Source of the DNA: Methanobacteriota archaeon
Lineage (GTDB): Archaea > Thermoplasmatota > Poseidoniia > Poseidoniales > Poseidoniaceae
Direction: 5' to 3'
Length of the DNA: 64,000 nucleotides
NCBI GenBank assembly: GCA_002706065.1
Contig: PAJM01000017.1
Coordinates: forward strand, 12,722 to 76,721
Shown here: in pieces, positions 47,436-57,019 of the stretch
Position numbering within the stretch: the stretch's first letter is position 1
How the letters are laid out: each line of letters opens with the position of its first letter
Notes under the pieces: generated by a model
What the model was told of the DNA's origin: nothing
Seen by the model: the letters and a program-made list of their open reading frames with translations, nothing else
Databases searched by the model: none
Position numbers and translations under genes: made by a program

Positions 47436-48635
47436 TTATGCCATGGGCAGCCGTTTAATGGGCTGTGGGGGACTGTATTCTTCAAATTCCGTGTATGTTG
47501 TGTTGCGTTGGATTGGGACACAGCCAGCGTTTCTCACCAACTTGGATAATTGTTGCCGATCGTGTGTGAGCGGAGTGGTTGAACCTGCCAGATGCATGAT
47601 GGATTCTTGTTGAACTGTACCATCAATGTCATCTGCACCGAATTGGAGTGCGAGTTCAGCCAACTCATCGCCAATGTTCATTCGATATGCTTTGATGTGA
47701 GGTATGCTATCCATCAATATTCTCGAAACCGCAATTACACGCAAAATTTCTTGTCCTGTTGATAATTGTGCCATCGGCAAACGAGTAGAATCTGGTAAAA
47801 ACGGATAGGGGACAAAGCACTGGAATCCGTTCGTTGTTGCTCCCAAGTCCCGAAGTTTGAGGATGTGGTCGACCCGCTGCGATGCTGTTTCAATGGTTCC
47901 AAATAGCATAGTACAATTGCTTGGAAGACCAATTTTGTGCGCAGTGTGATGGATGTCTAAGTATTCCTGGCTGGATTCTTTCCCGTTGCAAATAACGGCT
48001 CGGACATCATCATCAAGAATTTCTGCACCGCCGCCCGGAAGCGATGTGAGACCGGCATCTTTGAGTTGTTGAAGTGTCGATTCAATGCTGAGGTCCGACA
48101 ATTGAGCCAAGTGTTTGACTTCCACTGCAGTTAGTGCTTTAATCGAAAGATGCGGGTGTTCAGCTCGAATCCGTTTGAACAACTCGGCGTAGTGTTGTAC
48201 CGACCAATCAGGATGCAATCCACCAACAGAATGCACTTCAGTGACATACGGCGAGAATTTTGAGAGTTCTTCCAAATACTCTTCAACCGAGAGAGCGTAT
48301 GCATCTTTGGATCTCGGCCCTCGTCGGAACGCACAAAATCTGCAAGCGAGTACGCAGATATTGGTTTGATTAACATGGACATTTGAGTTAAAGTAGGCTC
48401 GATTTCCAAACATTGCTTGTTTGTGTAGGTGTGCAAGCCGCCCGAGTTGGAACAGGTTGGGTTCTGCGAAGAGTTGTAGTCCATCTTCATGACCTAAGCG
48501 TTGGTCTGAGAGAATCTTATCCACGATTGGCTGTAAGGTGCTGGGCCACAGTTCTTGACGAAGACTGTCTTTCAAATCAACTCTCCAATGCGGATTTCGG
48601 TCTGCTAACACGACCGTGGAAACCCACTCAGGCAT
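47436..48635 (-). CDS. mqnE: Aminodeoxyfutalosine synthase (CofH-like radical SAM)
   Basis: TNICVLACRFCAF, VGGLHP, PGGGAEI, HIKAY, FGADDIDGTV..E.I.H.AG; adjacent to mqnA (MqnC is the alternative). Confidence 0.83.
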   Translation of the reverse strand: MPEWVSTVVLADRNPHWRVDLKDSLRQELWPSTLQPIVDKILSDQRLGHEDGLQLFAEPNLFQLGRLAHLHKQAMFGNRAYFNSNVHVNQTNICVLACRFCAFRRGPRSKDAYALSVEEYLEELSKFSPYVTEVHSVGGLHPDWSVQHYAELFKRIRAEHPHLSIKALTAVEVKHLAQLSDLSIESTLQQLKDAGLTSLPGGGAEILDDDVRAVICNGKESSQEYLDIHHTAHKIGLPSNCTMLFGTIETASQRVDHILKLRDLGATTNGFQCFVPYPFLPDSTRLPMAQLSTGQEILRVIAVSRILMDSIPHIKAYRMNIGDELAELALQFGADDIDGTVQQESIMHLAGSTTPLTHDRQQLSKLVRNAGCVPIQRNTTYTEFEEYSPPQPIKRLPMA

Positions 48636-48684
48636 ACTTACCCCTCGAGTTCATTCTTCAAGAAGATGTGGATAGGTCCACGAC

Positions 48685-51573
48685 TCAACGTCGTACCCTG
48701 AAAAATCCAGAATTCATCATGAACTTACGGAATTCTTCTACCAATAACACAGTCGATGCCACGGCAACCAACACAATCCAATCAATTCTCTTGAGAGGTG
48801 TCGTGCTAAGCAAGTTTCCAAACTCGATTCCGATGAGAGGTAGAGGTAGCGTTGCAAAATGTACGAACGTGAAGAGAAGGAGTCCAGATGCGAGGATTGC
48901 ATAATTGATGGCTTTATTTGAAAATAGTCCGAGCGAGAAGAGACTCTCTTTTTCCGATCTACAATTCAGTACGTTAAACAATTGAAACACAATAAACACT
49001 GCAAAGGTCATTGTTTGTGCGTCAGCAAATGTCGATTCAGAATAACTCTCCCATGCACTCAACGCAGCTTCATCGCCCTGTAGACAATCCTGTTGTGAAA
49101 ACCCAGCATCAGTATCGTCGGTAAATGGTGCCAAACTGCATTCATTCCCGTACACGCCGCCACCTGCTAAGAAGAAGACCACGAGAGTACCAATGACCAT
49201 GACTGCACCGAGATAAAAGATCAATGCGATATCTCTTGAATTTGGTAGACCTTCGTCAACCGGGCGCGGTGGGCGAGACATGACATTACCATGACGTTTT
49301 TCGACACCCAAAGCAACTGCTGGCGGTCCATCCATGAGGATGTTAATGACCAGAATTTGTGTTGCTGTAAGTGGTAATTCCCAACCAAAGATGAATGTTG
49401 ATATGACGATAAGGGCTACTGCAGCAACGTTCGTGGAGACTTGGTATCGTACGAAATTCCGAATATTTTGGTAGATCTTCCGACCTTCCTCAACCGCATG
49501 AACGATGTTTGCAAAGTTGTCATCCTGCAAAATCATGTCAGCTGCATCCTTGGCCACGTCTGTTCCAGAAATGCCCATGGCAATACCAATGTTCGCTCTG
49601 GACAATGCGGGTGCATCATTGACACCATCACCGGTCATAGCAACGATTTCCCCTTGCTCCTGCAACGACGAAACAATTCTCATTTTCTGATCGGGAGTGA
49701 CTCGAGAGAAAATTGCTTTTTCCACGGACTCTGTTAAATCATCATCGGACATTGTACGCAAATCTGCACCACTGACTGGTTTGTGTTCTGCACCTTTGAT
49801 ATGCAATTCCTTACCAATCGCAGAGGCTGTCATGTGATGATCACCTGTGATCATTTTCACCTTGATTCCCGCATCTTGACAGACCTGTATTGCTTCTTTT
49901 ACTTCGGGACGCGGTGGATCCATGATTCCAACAAGTCCAAGGAAAATCAGATTGTTTTCGATGACCGACATGTTATCGATATCTTCATCATCGTTGAGTT
50001 TCCTTGCAGCGAGTGCAATAACACGCATGGATTGGGAACCCATCTCTTTGTTACGAATTGAGGCATGTTTGAAATCTTCGTCTTGGATTGCAACCAATTC
50101 TCCATCCAGGTAGCGATGACTCGTGATGGGTACAAAACCACCAGCAGCTCCTTTCGAGAACACCCAACGTTCACCTTCATATTCGTGAATAACAGACATG
50201 CGTTTCCGTTCTGTATCAAAGAAAAACTCGTTGATTCGTGGATGACGTTGTGAGAATTTTCGTACATCTCCGTTCAACTTCCACCCAAGTACAGCACATG
50301 CAGAGTCGGTTGGATCTCCAATCGCAGTCCATCGACCATCTTGCTTGATGATTTGAGAGTTGTGACAGAGTGAGAGACAGGTGGCAAGTAACCGAAATGC
50401 GGGATTGGACTGAAGTGATTCCATTTTGCCTTCCTCGAGCTCTTCTCCGTTCTCTAATAAGGTGCCTTTTGGATTGAATCCATCTCCTGTTACGCTGTAG
50501 TATCCATCAACGGTGTGGAGTTGTCGTACTGTCATTTCATTTTTGGTTAGCGTGCCTGTTTTATCAGAACAAATCACTGTGGTTGAACCAAGTGTTTCTA
50601 CAGCCTTCATGCGACGTATAATCGCTTTGTGCCGTGCCATATTACGCATACCTAACGCAAGTGTAATTACCAGAATAATGGGCAATCCCTCTGGAACGAT
50701 TGCGACAAATATTGCAATAGCAGTGATGAATTGTTTAATGGCCACATCTCTCAGTGGGTCAGGCCCACCATAGGCAAGAATCAACTTAATCGATACAAGG
50801 AGTACAGCTACAATCAACGCAATAAATCCAAGGAATCGACCGAGCGACTCAAGTTTGAGCTCGAGTGGGGTTTTCGGTGTTTGCGCTTCTGAGATATCAC
50901 TTGCAATTCGGCCCAATTGGGTTTTCATTCCAGTTTCGACGACAACACCTACTGCACGTCCTGTTGCGACAGTGGTGCCCATGTACAACATGTTCTTGTG
51001 GTCAGCAAGCAATGCGTTTATGTCCAGTGGTTCAAGGTGCTTTGTGATCGGTTCCGATTCACCCGTCAATGCTGATTCATCAACTCGACATTGATACACC
51101 TCAAGCAAACGCAAGTCCGCGGGAACGTTGACACCCTCCTCCAATTTGACAATGTCACCAGGAACAAGTTCTGTTGTGGGGATTTCTGATTCAAAACCAT
51201 CTCGCAATGTAACTGAATTCGAGATACTCATTTGTTTGAGAGCATCCATGGCTTGTTCAGCTTGCCCTTCCTGCCAGAATCCGAAGAATGCGTTAGCAGT
51301 TAAAACCAAAAAGATGAAAATAGCGTCTCCAGGGTGGTCTGGCTTAATCGCTAGCGCTACCAATGCAGCGGTAATCAAGAGATAGTTCAATGGATCATTG
51401 TATTGCGATAAGAATCGTAGGAATGCAGACGTAGGTTCTGGTTGCTCTAATTGATTTGGACCATATTTCTGCATGCGTGTATGTATTTCACTCTGAGTCA
51501 AGCCGTTGGGACTTGCGTCCAAAACCGACAGGACTTTCTCCTTATCCATGGAGTGCCAGTTTTGTTGAACCAT
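48685..51573 (-). CDS. P2A-type cation (Ca2+/Mn2+) transporting ATPase
   Basis: TGES, PEGL, DKTGT, KGA, TGD, GDGVNDAP, INILMDGPPA. Confidence 0.93.
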   Translation of the reverse strand: MVQQNWHSMDKEKVLSVLDASPNGLTQSEIHTRMQKYGPNQLEQPEPTSAFLRFLSQYNDPLNYLLITAALVALAIKPDHPGDAIFIFLVLTANAFFGFWQEGQAEQAMDALKQMSISNSVTLRDGFESEIPTTELVPGDIVKLEEGVNVPADLRLLEVYQCRVDESALTGESEPITKHLEPLDINALLADHKNMLYMGTTVATGRAVGVVVETGMKTQLGRIASDISEAQTPKTPLELKLESLGRFLGFIALIVAVLLVSIKLILAYGGPDPLRDVAIKQFITAIAIFVAIVPEGLPIILVITLALGMRNMARHKAIIRRMKAVETLGSTTVICSDKTGTLTKNEMTVRQLHTVDGYYSVTGDGFNPKGTLLENGEELEEGKMESLQSNPAFRLLATCLSLCHNSQIIKQDGRWTAIGDPTDSACAVLGWKLNGDVRKFSQRHPRINEFFFDTERKRMSVIHEYEGERWVFSKGAAGGFVPITSHRYLDGELVAIQDEDFKHASIRNKEMGSQSMRVIALAARKLNDDEDIDNMSVIENNLIFLGLVGIMDPPRPEVKEAIQVCQDAGIKVKMITGDHHMTASAIGKELHIKGAEHKPVSGADLRTMSDDDLTESVEKAIFSRVTPDQKMRIVSSLQEQGEIVAMTGDGVNDAPALSRANIGIAMGISGTDVAKDAADMILQDDNFANIVHAVEEGRKIYQNIRNFVRYQVSTNVAAVALIVISTFIFGWELPLTATQILVINILMDGPPAVALGVEKRHGNVMSRPPRPVDEGLPNSRDIALIFYLGAVMVIGTLVVFFLAGGGVYGNECSLAPFTDDTDAGFSQQDCLQGDEAALSAWESYSESTFADAQTMTFAVFIVFQLFNVLNCRSEKESLFSLGLFSNKAINYAILASGLLLFTFVHFATLPLPLIGIEFGNLLSTTPLKRIDWIVLVAVASTVLLVEEFRKFMMNSGFFRVRR

Positions 51574-51727
51574 TAAATCACCCTAGTCGTCCAAGACGAC
51601 CCTTCCACGGCTTCCTGTTTTTCCTATCTTATGATTTTGATGGAGGTAATCCCATGAAAAGAATTCTCAACTTGAACTGACCAATAACAGCCGAATCTTT
51701 CTCAAACCTCTACGATTTGGGATGGGT

Positions 51728-53797
51728 ATGTCCGCTGGAGATGGTCCATACATTCCAGCAGACCAAGAACCCAAAGAACTCACGTTACGTGTCCTGATTG
51801 TAGGGGTCTTGCTCGGCATACTTATGACTGCGGCTAACGCGTATCTTGGATTGTATGCTGGAATGACGGTTTCCGCAAGCATACCAGCAGCAGTAATGTC
51901 CATGCTCATACTGAGAAGTATGTTCAAGGATGTGAGTATCCTTGAGAACAATGCTGTTCAGACAATGGCAAGTGCTGGTGAGTCATTAGCCGCTGGTGTC
52001 ATCTTCACGGTACCGGCAATGCTGGTTATTGGAATATGGATCGATATTGAATGGTTCCCAACGCTATCCATTGCCTTGCTCGGCGGTCTACTTGGAACAA
52101 TGTTCACCATTGCACTTCGAAGATTGTTCATTGTCGAAGAAGCTCTCCCTTATCCTGAGGGTGTAGCCTGTCGAGAAGTTTTGGTGGCTGGTGAAGAGGG
52201 TGGCAGCGGAGCCTTGGCCATTGTGTATGCTCTTGGTATTGGAGCTCTTTACGGGTTGATGGTCAAAGGATTCAAAGTCACGCATCATTCTGCAGAAACA
52301 GCCTTTGAATTCATGAAAACACGGATGTATGCAGGAATTGACCTATCTGTGGCGCTGTTGTCTGTGGGATTCATTGTCGGCATACGTATCGCTTCCTATA
52401 TTTTCTTAGGTGGAATCATTGGTTTCGGTGTTCTCGTCCCGCTCTTTGGTTATTTGAACGGATGGCCAGAATCCGAAACCCTAGCCAAAGGCTTTGACAA
52501 ACTTTGGCTCGAACAAGTACGGTATGTCGGCGTAGGAGCCATGGTTGTCGGAGGAATTTACACCCTATGGAGTATGCGAAAAACGATCATCACCGGTCTA
52601 AAGAAATCCTTCGTCCAAGGTGACTCAGATGCAGAATTCCATTTGCGAACTGAAAAGGATTTGCCTCTTAAATGGGTCACTGTTGTCTGTGGAGTTCTCG
52701 TTGTGCTTACGTTCTTCTTTTATTGGATTGTCACGGGTTCTCTCATTCTATCGCTAGCAGGTGCGCTTTTCCTTGCATTTGTCGCCTTCTTCTTTGCCGC
52801 TGTTGCAGGATACATTGCTGGAGTTGTTGGTTCGAGCAATTCACCTGTATCGGGAATGACAATCGCTACCCTGTTGTTCACTGTTGGCCTGGTTTGGGTT
52901 GTTGGTTCGTTGATTTTGGATCTCTCCCAGACCGAGTTGATGTATGCGACCTTACTCATTGCCGCTGTCGTCGCTAGCAGTGCAGCAATCGCAGGCGATG
53001 TCATGCAGGACCTCAAGACAGGGCATATGGTCGGAGCAACTCCTTGGCGCCAACAAATAGCGGAGATAGTGGGTGTCATTACCGGTGCCTTTGTGATTGG
53101 ACCAACAATTGCTCTGTTGCACAATGCCTTTCAAATTTCATCAACCGCATGCCTTGCTACCAATGAACGATTAACAGCGGCAAATCCGAATGCTGAGTTG
53201 TACGATTGTAGTGATGCATTGTTTGCACCACAAGCTGAACTGATCGGAGCCATCGTGAAGGGTGCTTTTGTTGGAGATATGAATCTTCCAATGGTCTTTC
53301 TTGGCGCAGCGCTTGCGGTGGTGTTGATTCGTCTCTCAATGCCCGTTATGTCCGTAGCCATTGGAATTTACCTGCCATTGAAATTGAGTGTTCCAATCAT
53401 GCTCGGTGGAATTTTATCGTCCCTTGCAATGGGAGCGGCCTACTTGAGAGTGGATGGAACACTCGACGAACCCCCTTCCGAAGATGCAAAGCAAGCAGCA
53501 TCGGATGTAGAAAGCAGAGGCGTATTGATTGGTGCCGGATTTATTGCTGGCGAATCAATCCTTGGCGTACTTATCGCCGTGCTGATTGTGTTGGATAAGG
53601 ATCTCAACAAACTACTAGGCATCCATGAGTTGCCACAATTGGCCTCCTTGCTCTTCTTTGCTTGGTTTGTTGGTGTCTTCATTTGGCTTGCCACACGGGC
53701 GCTTCCGGAAGGCGGAAATTTAGCAAAAGAGATTGCCAAAACGTCCGTTCATTCAATTCGGAAATTTATCCGTTCCCTGTTGCCCCAATCCAAATAA
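51728..53797 (+). CDS. OPT-family oligopeptide transporter
   Basis: ELTLR, N.YLGL..G.TVSASIPAAV, LPYPEG.A, SNSPVSG, QDLKTG..VGATP, APQA; start 51728 or 51722. Confidence 0.93.
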   Translation: MSAGDGPYIPADQEPKELTLRVLIVGVLLGILMTAANAYLGLYAGMTVSASIPAAVMSMLILRSMFKDVSILENNAVQTMASAGESLAAGVIFTVPAMLVIGIWIDIEWFPTLSIALLGGLLGTMFTIALRRLFIVEEALPYPEGVACREVLVAGEEGGSGALAIVYALGIGALYGLMVKGFKVTHHSAETAFEFMKTRMYAGIDLSVALLSVGFIVGIRIASYIFLGGIIGFGVLVPLFGYLNGWPESETLAKGFDKLWLEQVRYVGVGAMVVGGIYTLWSMRKTIITGLKKSFVQGDSDAEFHLRTEKDLPLKWVTVVCGVLVVLTFFFYWIVTGSLILSLAGALFLAFVAFFFAAVAGYIAGVVGSSNSPVSGMTIATLLFTVGLVWVVGSLILDLSQTELMYATLLIAAVVASSAAIAGDVMQDLKTGHMVGATPWRQQIAEIVGVITGAFVIGPTIALLHNAFQISSTACLATNERLTAANPNAELYDCSDALFAPQAELIGAIVKGAFVGDMNLPMVFLGAALAVVLIRLSMPVMSVAIGIYLPLKLSVPIMLGGILSSLAMGAAYLRVDGTLDEPPSEDAKQAASDVESRGVLIGAGFIAGESILGVLIAVLIVLDKDLNKLLGIHELPQLASLLFFAWFVGVFIWLATRALPEGGNLAKEIAKTSVHSIRKFIRSLLPQSK

Positions 53798-53850
53798 TTC
53801 AACGGCAATTATGAAAGGCTCAAAGCGATGGCCAATGTTTGTTGGTCAGA

Positions 53851-54675
53851 ATGTCTGCATCGATTTCAGAACTTGAAGAACTCGCACGACGTTGTCGAAT
53901 CGAAATTGTCAACATGGTATATCGCGCACAAGCAGGCCATCCAGGTGGTTCACTATCAGAAATTGACCTTATGGCTGCGTTGTATTCGACATCCTTGAGG
54001 GTTCGTCCAGATGAACCTGATTGGCACGACAGAGATCGCTTCATCCTCTCCAAAGGTCATGCATCACCGGGCATGTACGCACTCCTTGCTGAGAAGGGTT
54101 TCATTCAACATTCAGATTTGCACTCATATCGCGTACTTGGAGGGGTATGTCAGGGTCACGTCGACATGAAATGGTGTCCAGGCGTTGATTTTAGTGCTGG
54201 CAGTTTGGGAATGGGTCTCTCATTTGGCATGGGATGTGCTCTTGCTGCCAGACTCGATGGCAGTGATCGACGTGCGTTTGTCATGCTCGGGGATGGTGAG
54301 ATACAAGAAGGGTCAATTTGGGAAGCAGCCATGGCTGCAACTCATCATGAACTCGGAAATTTGAAAGTTATACTCGACAGAAACCGAATCCAAAATGATG
54401 ATTTTTGTCTCGAACAAATGCGAATGTTTGACATTCCCGCAAAATGGAAGGCTTTTGGCTGGAATGTGAAAGAAATCGATGGACACAACATGGAAGAAGT
54501 CGTTGAAGGAATACAATTTCTAGACGAATCAAACGATGGTCCTTCAATATTGATCGCACATACCATCAAAGGGAAAGGTGTTTCTTACATGGAGAACAAT
54601 CCATCCTTCCATGGAGCTGCTCCTAACGAAGAGCAATATGCTCAAGCCATGAAAGAACTCGGGGTGGTTGAATGA
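53851..54675 (+). CDS. Transketolase, N-terminal subunit
   Basis: GHPGGSLS, DRFILSKGH, GSLG.GL, GDGE.QEG..WEA, T.KGKG; start may be the TTG at 53839. Confidence 0.94.
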   Translation: MSASISELEELARRCRIEIVNMVYRAQAGHPGGSLSEIDLMAALYSTSLRVRPDEPDWHDRDRFILSKGHASPGMYALLAEKGFIQHSDLHSYRVLGGVCQGHVDMKWCPGVDFSAGSLGMGLSFGMGCALAARLDGSDRRAFVMLGDGEIQEGSIWEAAMAATHHELGNLKVILDRNRIQNDDFCLEQMRMFDIPAKWKAFGWNVKEIDGHNMEEVVEGIQFLDESNDGPSILIAHTIKGKGVSYMENNPSFHGAAPNEEQYAQAMKELGVVE

Positions 54676-55610
54676 GCCGAATGGCAGCGACGCGAGATGG
54701 TTACGGACAGGCTCTGCTTGACCTTGCTGAAAACGACCGAATCGTCGTTCTTGAAGCAGACCTCGGTAAATCAACAAAGTCACTACACTTCCGGAAGGCA
54801 CACCCGGACCGGACTGTCTCTTGTGGCATTGGCGAACAAAACATGCTCCTTGTTGCTGCCGGTATGGCATCGAGCGGATACATTCCTTTTGCGTCAACAT
54901 TTGCAATTTTTACTGAACGAGCATTCGAACAAATGCGCAATGGAGTTGCTCGTCCAAAATTGGCAGTGCATTTGTGCGGATCTCATGGTGGAACCCATAC
55001 TGGAACGGATGGTTCATCTGCTCAATCCATTGAAGATTTAGCAATCTACAGAACCCTTCCAAACGTTACAGTACTGCATCCATGCGATGATGTAAGTACA
55101 CGGTTGTTGACCAAACAACTTGCGTCTTCAACCAATCCCTCTTACATGAGGACCGCCAGAAACAAGACACCAGTTTTGTACGACGACGTTGATGAGAGCA
55201 CCATTCAAATTGGGAAAGGAATTGAACTCCGTAAAGGAAATGATGTTGCCATTATTGCATGTGGAGTCCTCGTTTCTGAAGCACTCAAAGCTGCAGACGT
55301 ATTGAGTCAAGAGGGTGTCGAAGCAACGGTAATTGACATGCACACCATCAAACCTCTCGATGTCAACCTCGTCGACCAGGTTGCTGCACGTTGTGGTGCA
55401 ATCGTGACCGCAGAAGATCACTCTGTAATCGGCGGCCTCGGTGGAGCTGTTGCTGAACATCTATCAGGTTCCTCAAATACTCCACTCGAACGTGTAGGTG
55501 TAAAAGATCGGTTTGGGGAATCAGGGCAAGCAGACGAAATGTTGGAACTCATGGAATTAAGTTCGCCACACATCATAAAGGCTGCACAACGGGCGATTCA
55601 TCGCAAATGA
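54672..55610 (+). CDS. Transketolase, C-terminal subunit
   Basis: ADL..ST, GIGEQN, DG.S.QS.ED, IKPLD, EDHS..GGLG. Confidence 0.94.
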   Translation: MSRMAATRDGYGQALLDLAENDRIVVLEADLGKSTKSLHFRKAHPDRTVSCGIGEQNMLLVAAGMASSGYIPFASTFAIFTERAFEQMRNGVARPKLAVHLCGSHGGTHTGTDGSSAQSIEDLAIYRTLPNVTVLHPCDDVSTRLLTKQLASSTNPSYMRTARNKTPVLYDDVDESTIQIGKGIELRKGNDVAIIACGVLVSEALKAADVLSQEGVEATVIDMHTIKPLDVNLVDQVAARCGAIVTAEDHSVIGGLGGAVAEHLSGSSNTPLERVGVKDRFGESGQADEMLELMELSSPHIIKAAQRAIHRK

Positions 55611-55652
55611 GACGACCATCACATTCATGAAGCGTCAATTGAAGGAACCTCT

Positions 55653-56312
55653 ATGGAGTTCTTCCTTGATACCGCTGATGTTGACGAAATTCGTGAAATT
55701 GCTGCATGGGGAATCCTAGATGGTGTTACAACCAATCCGTCATTGATCAAAAAAAGTGGACGCGATTTCAAAGAAGTCGTTCGCGAAATTGCAGGAATCT
55801 GTTCAGGTCCAATTTCTGCTGAGGTAACAGCAATGGACACAAATGGTATGCTTGAACAAGCACGACAACTGAAATCCGATTTACCCAACAATGTCATTAT
55901 CAAAATTCCGTGTACACCAGAAGGCTTAGCCGCAACAAAAGTTCTCACACAGGAAGGAGTCGATACCAATGTCACCCTCATCTTTTCAGCATCGCAAGCT
56001 TTGATGGCCGCGAAAGCAGGAGCAACCTATGTCTCACCGTTCATTGGGCGAATCGATGACACAGGACATGATGGGATGAATCTGATTGCAGAAATCATGG
56101 AAACGTGGGCACAATACGATATCTCAACAAAAGTCCTCGCTGCGTCAATTCGACATCCCACGCATGTCCTGCAATGTATGCAACTTGGGGCGCATACGGC
56201 CACTATGCCTGCTAAGATTTTCCGCCAACTCATGAAACATCCACTAACGGATAAGGGACTCGAAGGATTCATGAGAGATTGGGCTGAAGTCGAGGCTGCA
56301 GGCAAGGCTTGA
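55653..56312 (+). CDS. tal: Transaldolase (FSA/TalC family)
   Basis: [39 protein letters not shown]. Confidence 0.94.
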   Translation: MEFFLDTADVDEIREIAAWGILDGVTTNPSLIKKSGRDFKEVVREIAGICSGPISAEVTAMDTNGMLEQARQLKSDLPNNVIIKIPCTPEGLAATKVLTQEGVDTNVTLIFSASQALMAAKAGATYVSPFIGRIDDTGHDGMNLIAEIMETWAQYDISTKVLAASIRHPTHVLQCMQLGAHTATMPAKIFRQLMKHPLTDKGLEGFMRDWAEVEAAGKA

Positions 56313-56381
56313 TGATTCTACCTTCGCAAAAGGAGGCTTCATCAATGATGGAGCATCAGCCCGTATCATCGAGGGACAACC

Positions 56382-56957
56382 GTGAGTGATATTCAAGAGC
56401 GCCTGCAAAAACTTCTCGATGGGGAGTTGGATGCTGCGGAAGTTGCTGAAGATCCTGCCCTCGCTTCCTTGGCTAATCGCCTTTATGGTATCAAAATCCA
56501 ACCGGTCCAGCCGAAAAAACTGCGTGATTTTGAAGACCCACTTGCAACACCTTCTGCACCTCTCCCTGCAACCGATATGATGATTGAAGTCATTGGTAAT
56601 GTCGCATTAGAACACCCTCCAGCGCCAGCGGCTGAGTTACCATCTATGGCTGCTGTCCCAACCAAAAAAGGGGCAAATGGAGCCAAGTCATTTGGCGCCC
56701 TTAGTTATCTCTCACTTCTTGGTCTCATCACTGTAGTTGTAAACATGTTCGGATTCTTGCATTCTTTGGTTGGATCGATGTGTACGAATGCATGCGAAAA
56801 TGAAGGCCACACGAAAATGAACCTCCTCGATCTATATCGACTCGACTCATTAGACGGTTGGAGTTTGCCAGTAACCGACGGTGTCGTTGGGATTCCTGAC
56901 ATTGTTGCGATTGTTGGATGCATTGCAATGATTTTCCTTCTTCGTAAGAAGTCCTGA
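56382..56957 (+). CDS. Hypothetical membrane protein
   Basis: GTG start after GAGGGA; Pro-rich linker, two TMs flanking a CxxxC loop. Confidence 0.7.
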   Translation: MSDIQERLQKLLDGELDAAEVAEDPALASLANRLYGIKIQPVQPKKLRDFEDPLATPSAPLPATDMMIEVIGNVALEHPPAPAAELPSMAAVPTKKGANGAKSFGALSYLSLLGLITVVVNMFGFLHSLVGSMCTNACENEGHTKMNLLDLYRLDSLDGWSLPVTDGVVGIPDIVAIVGCIAMIFLLRKKS

Positions 56958-57019
56958 AGCTACTCCAAGAGCAGTATTTCCGCCGTCATCTTGATGAGCA
57001 AGTGTCTTGAGGAACTACC

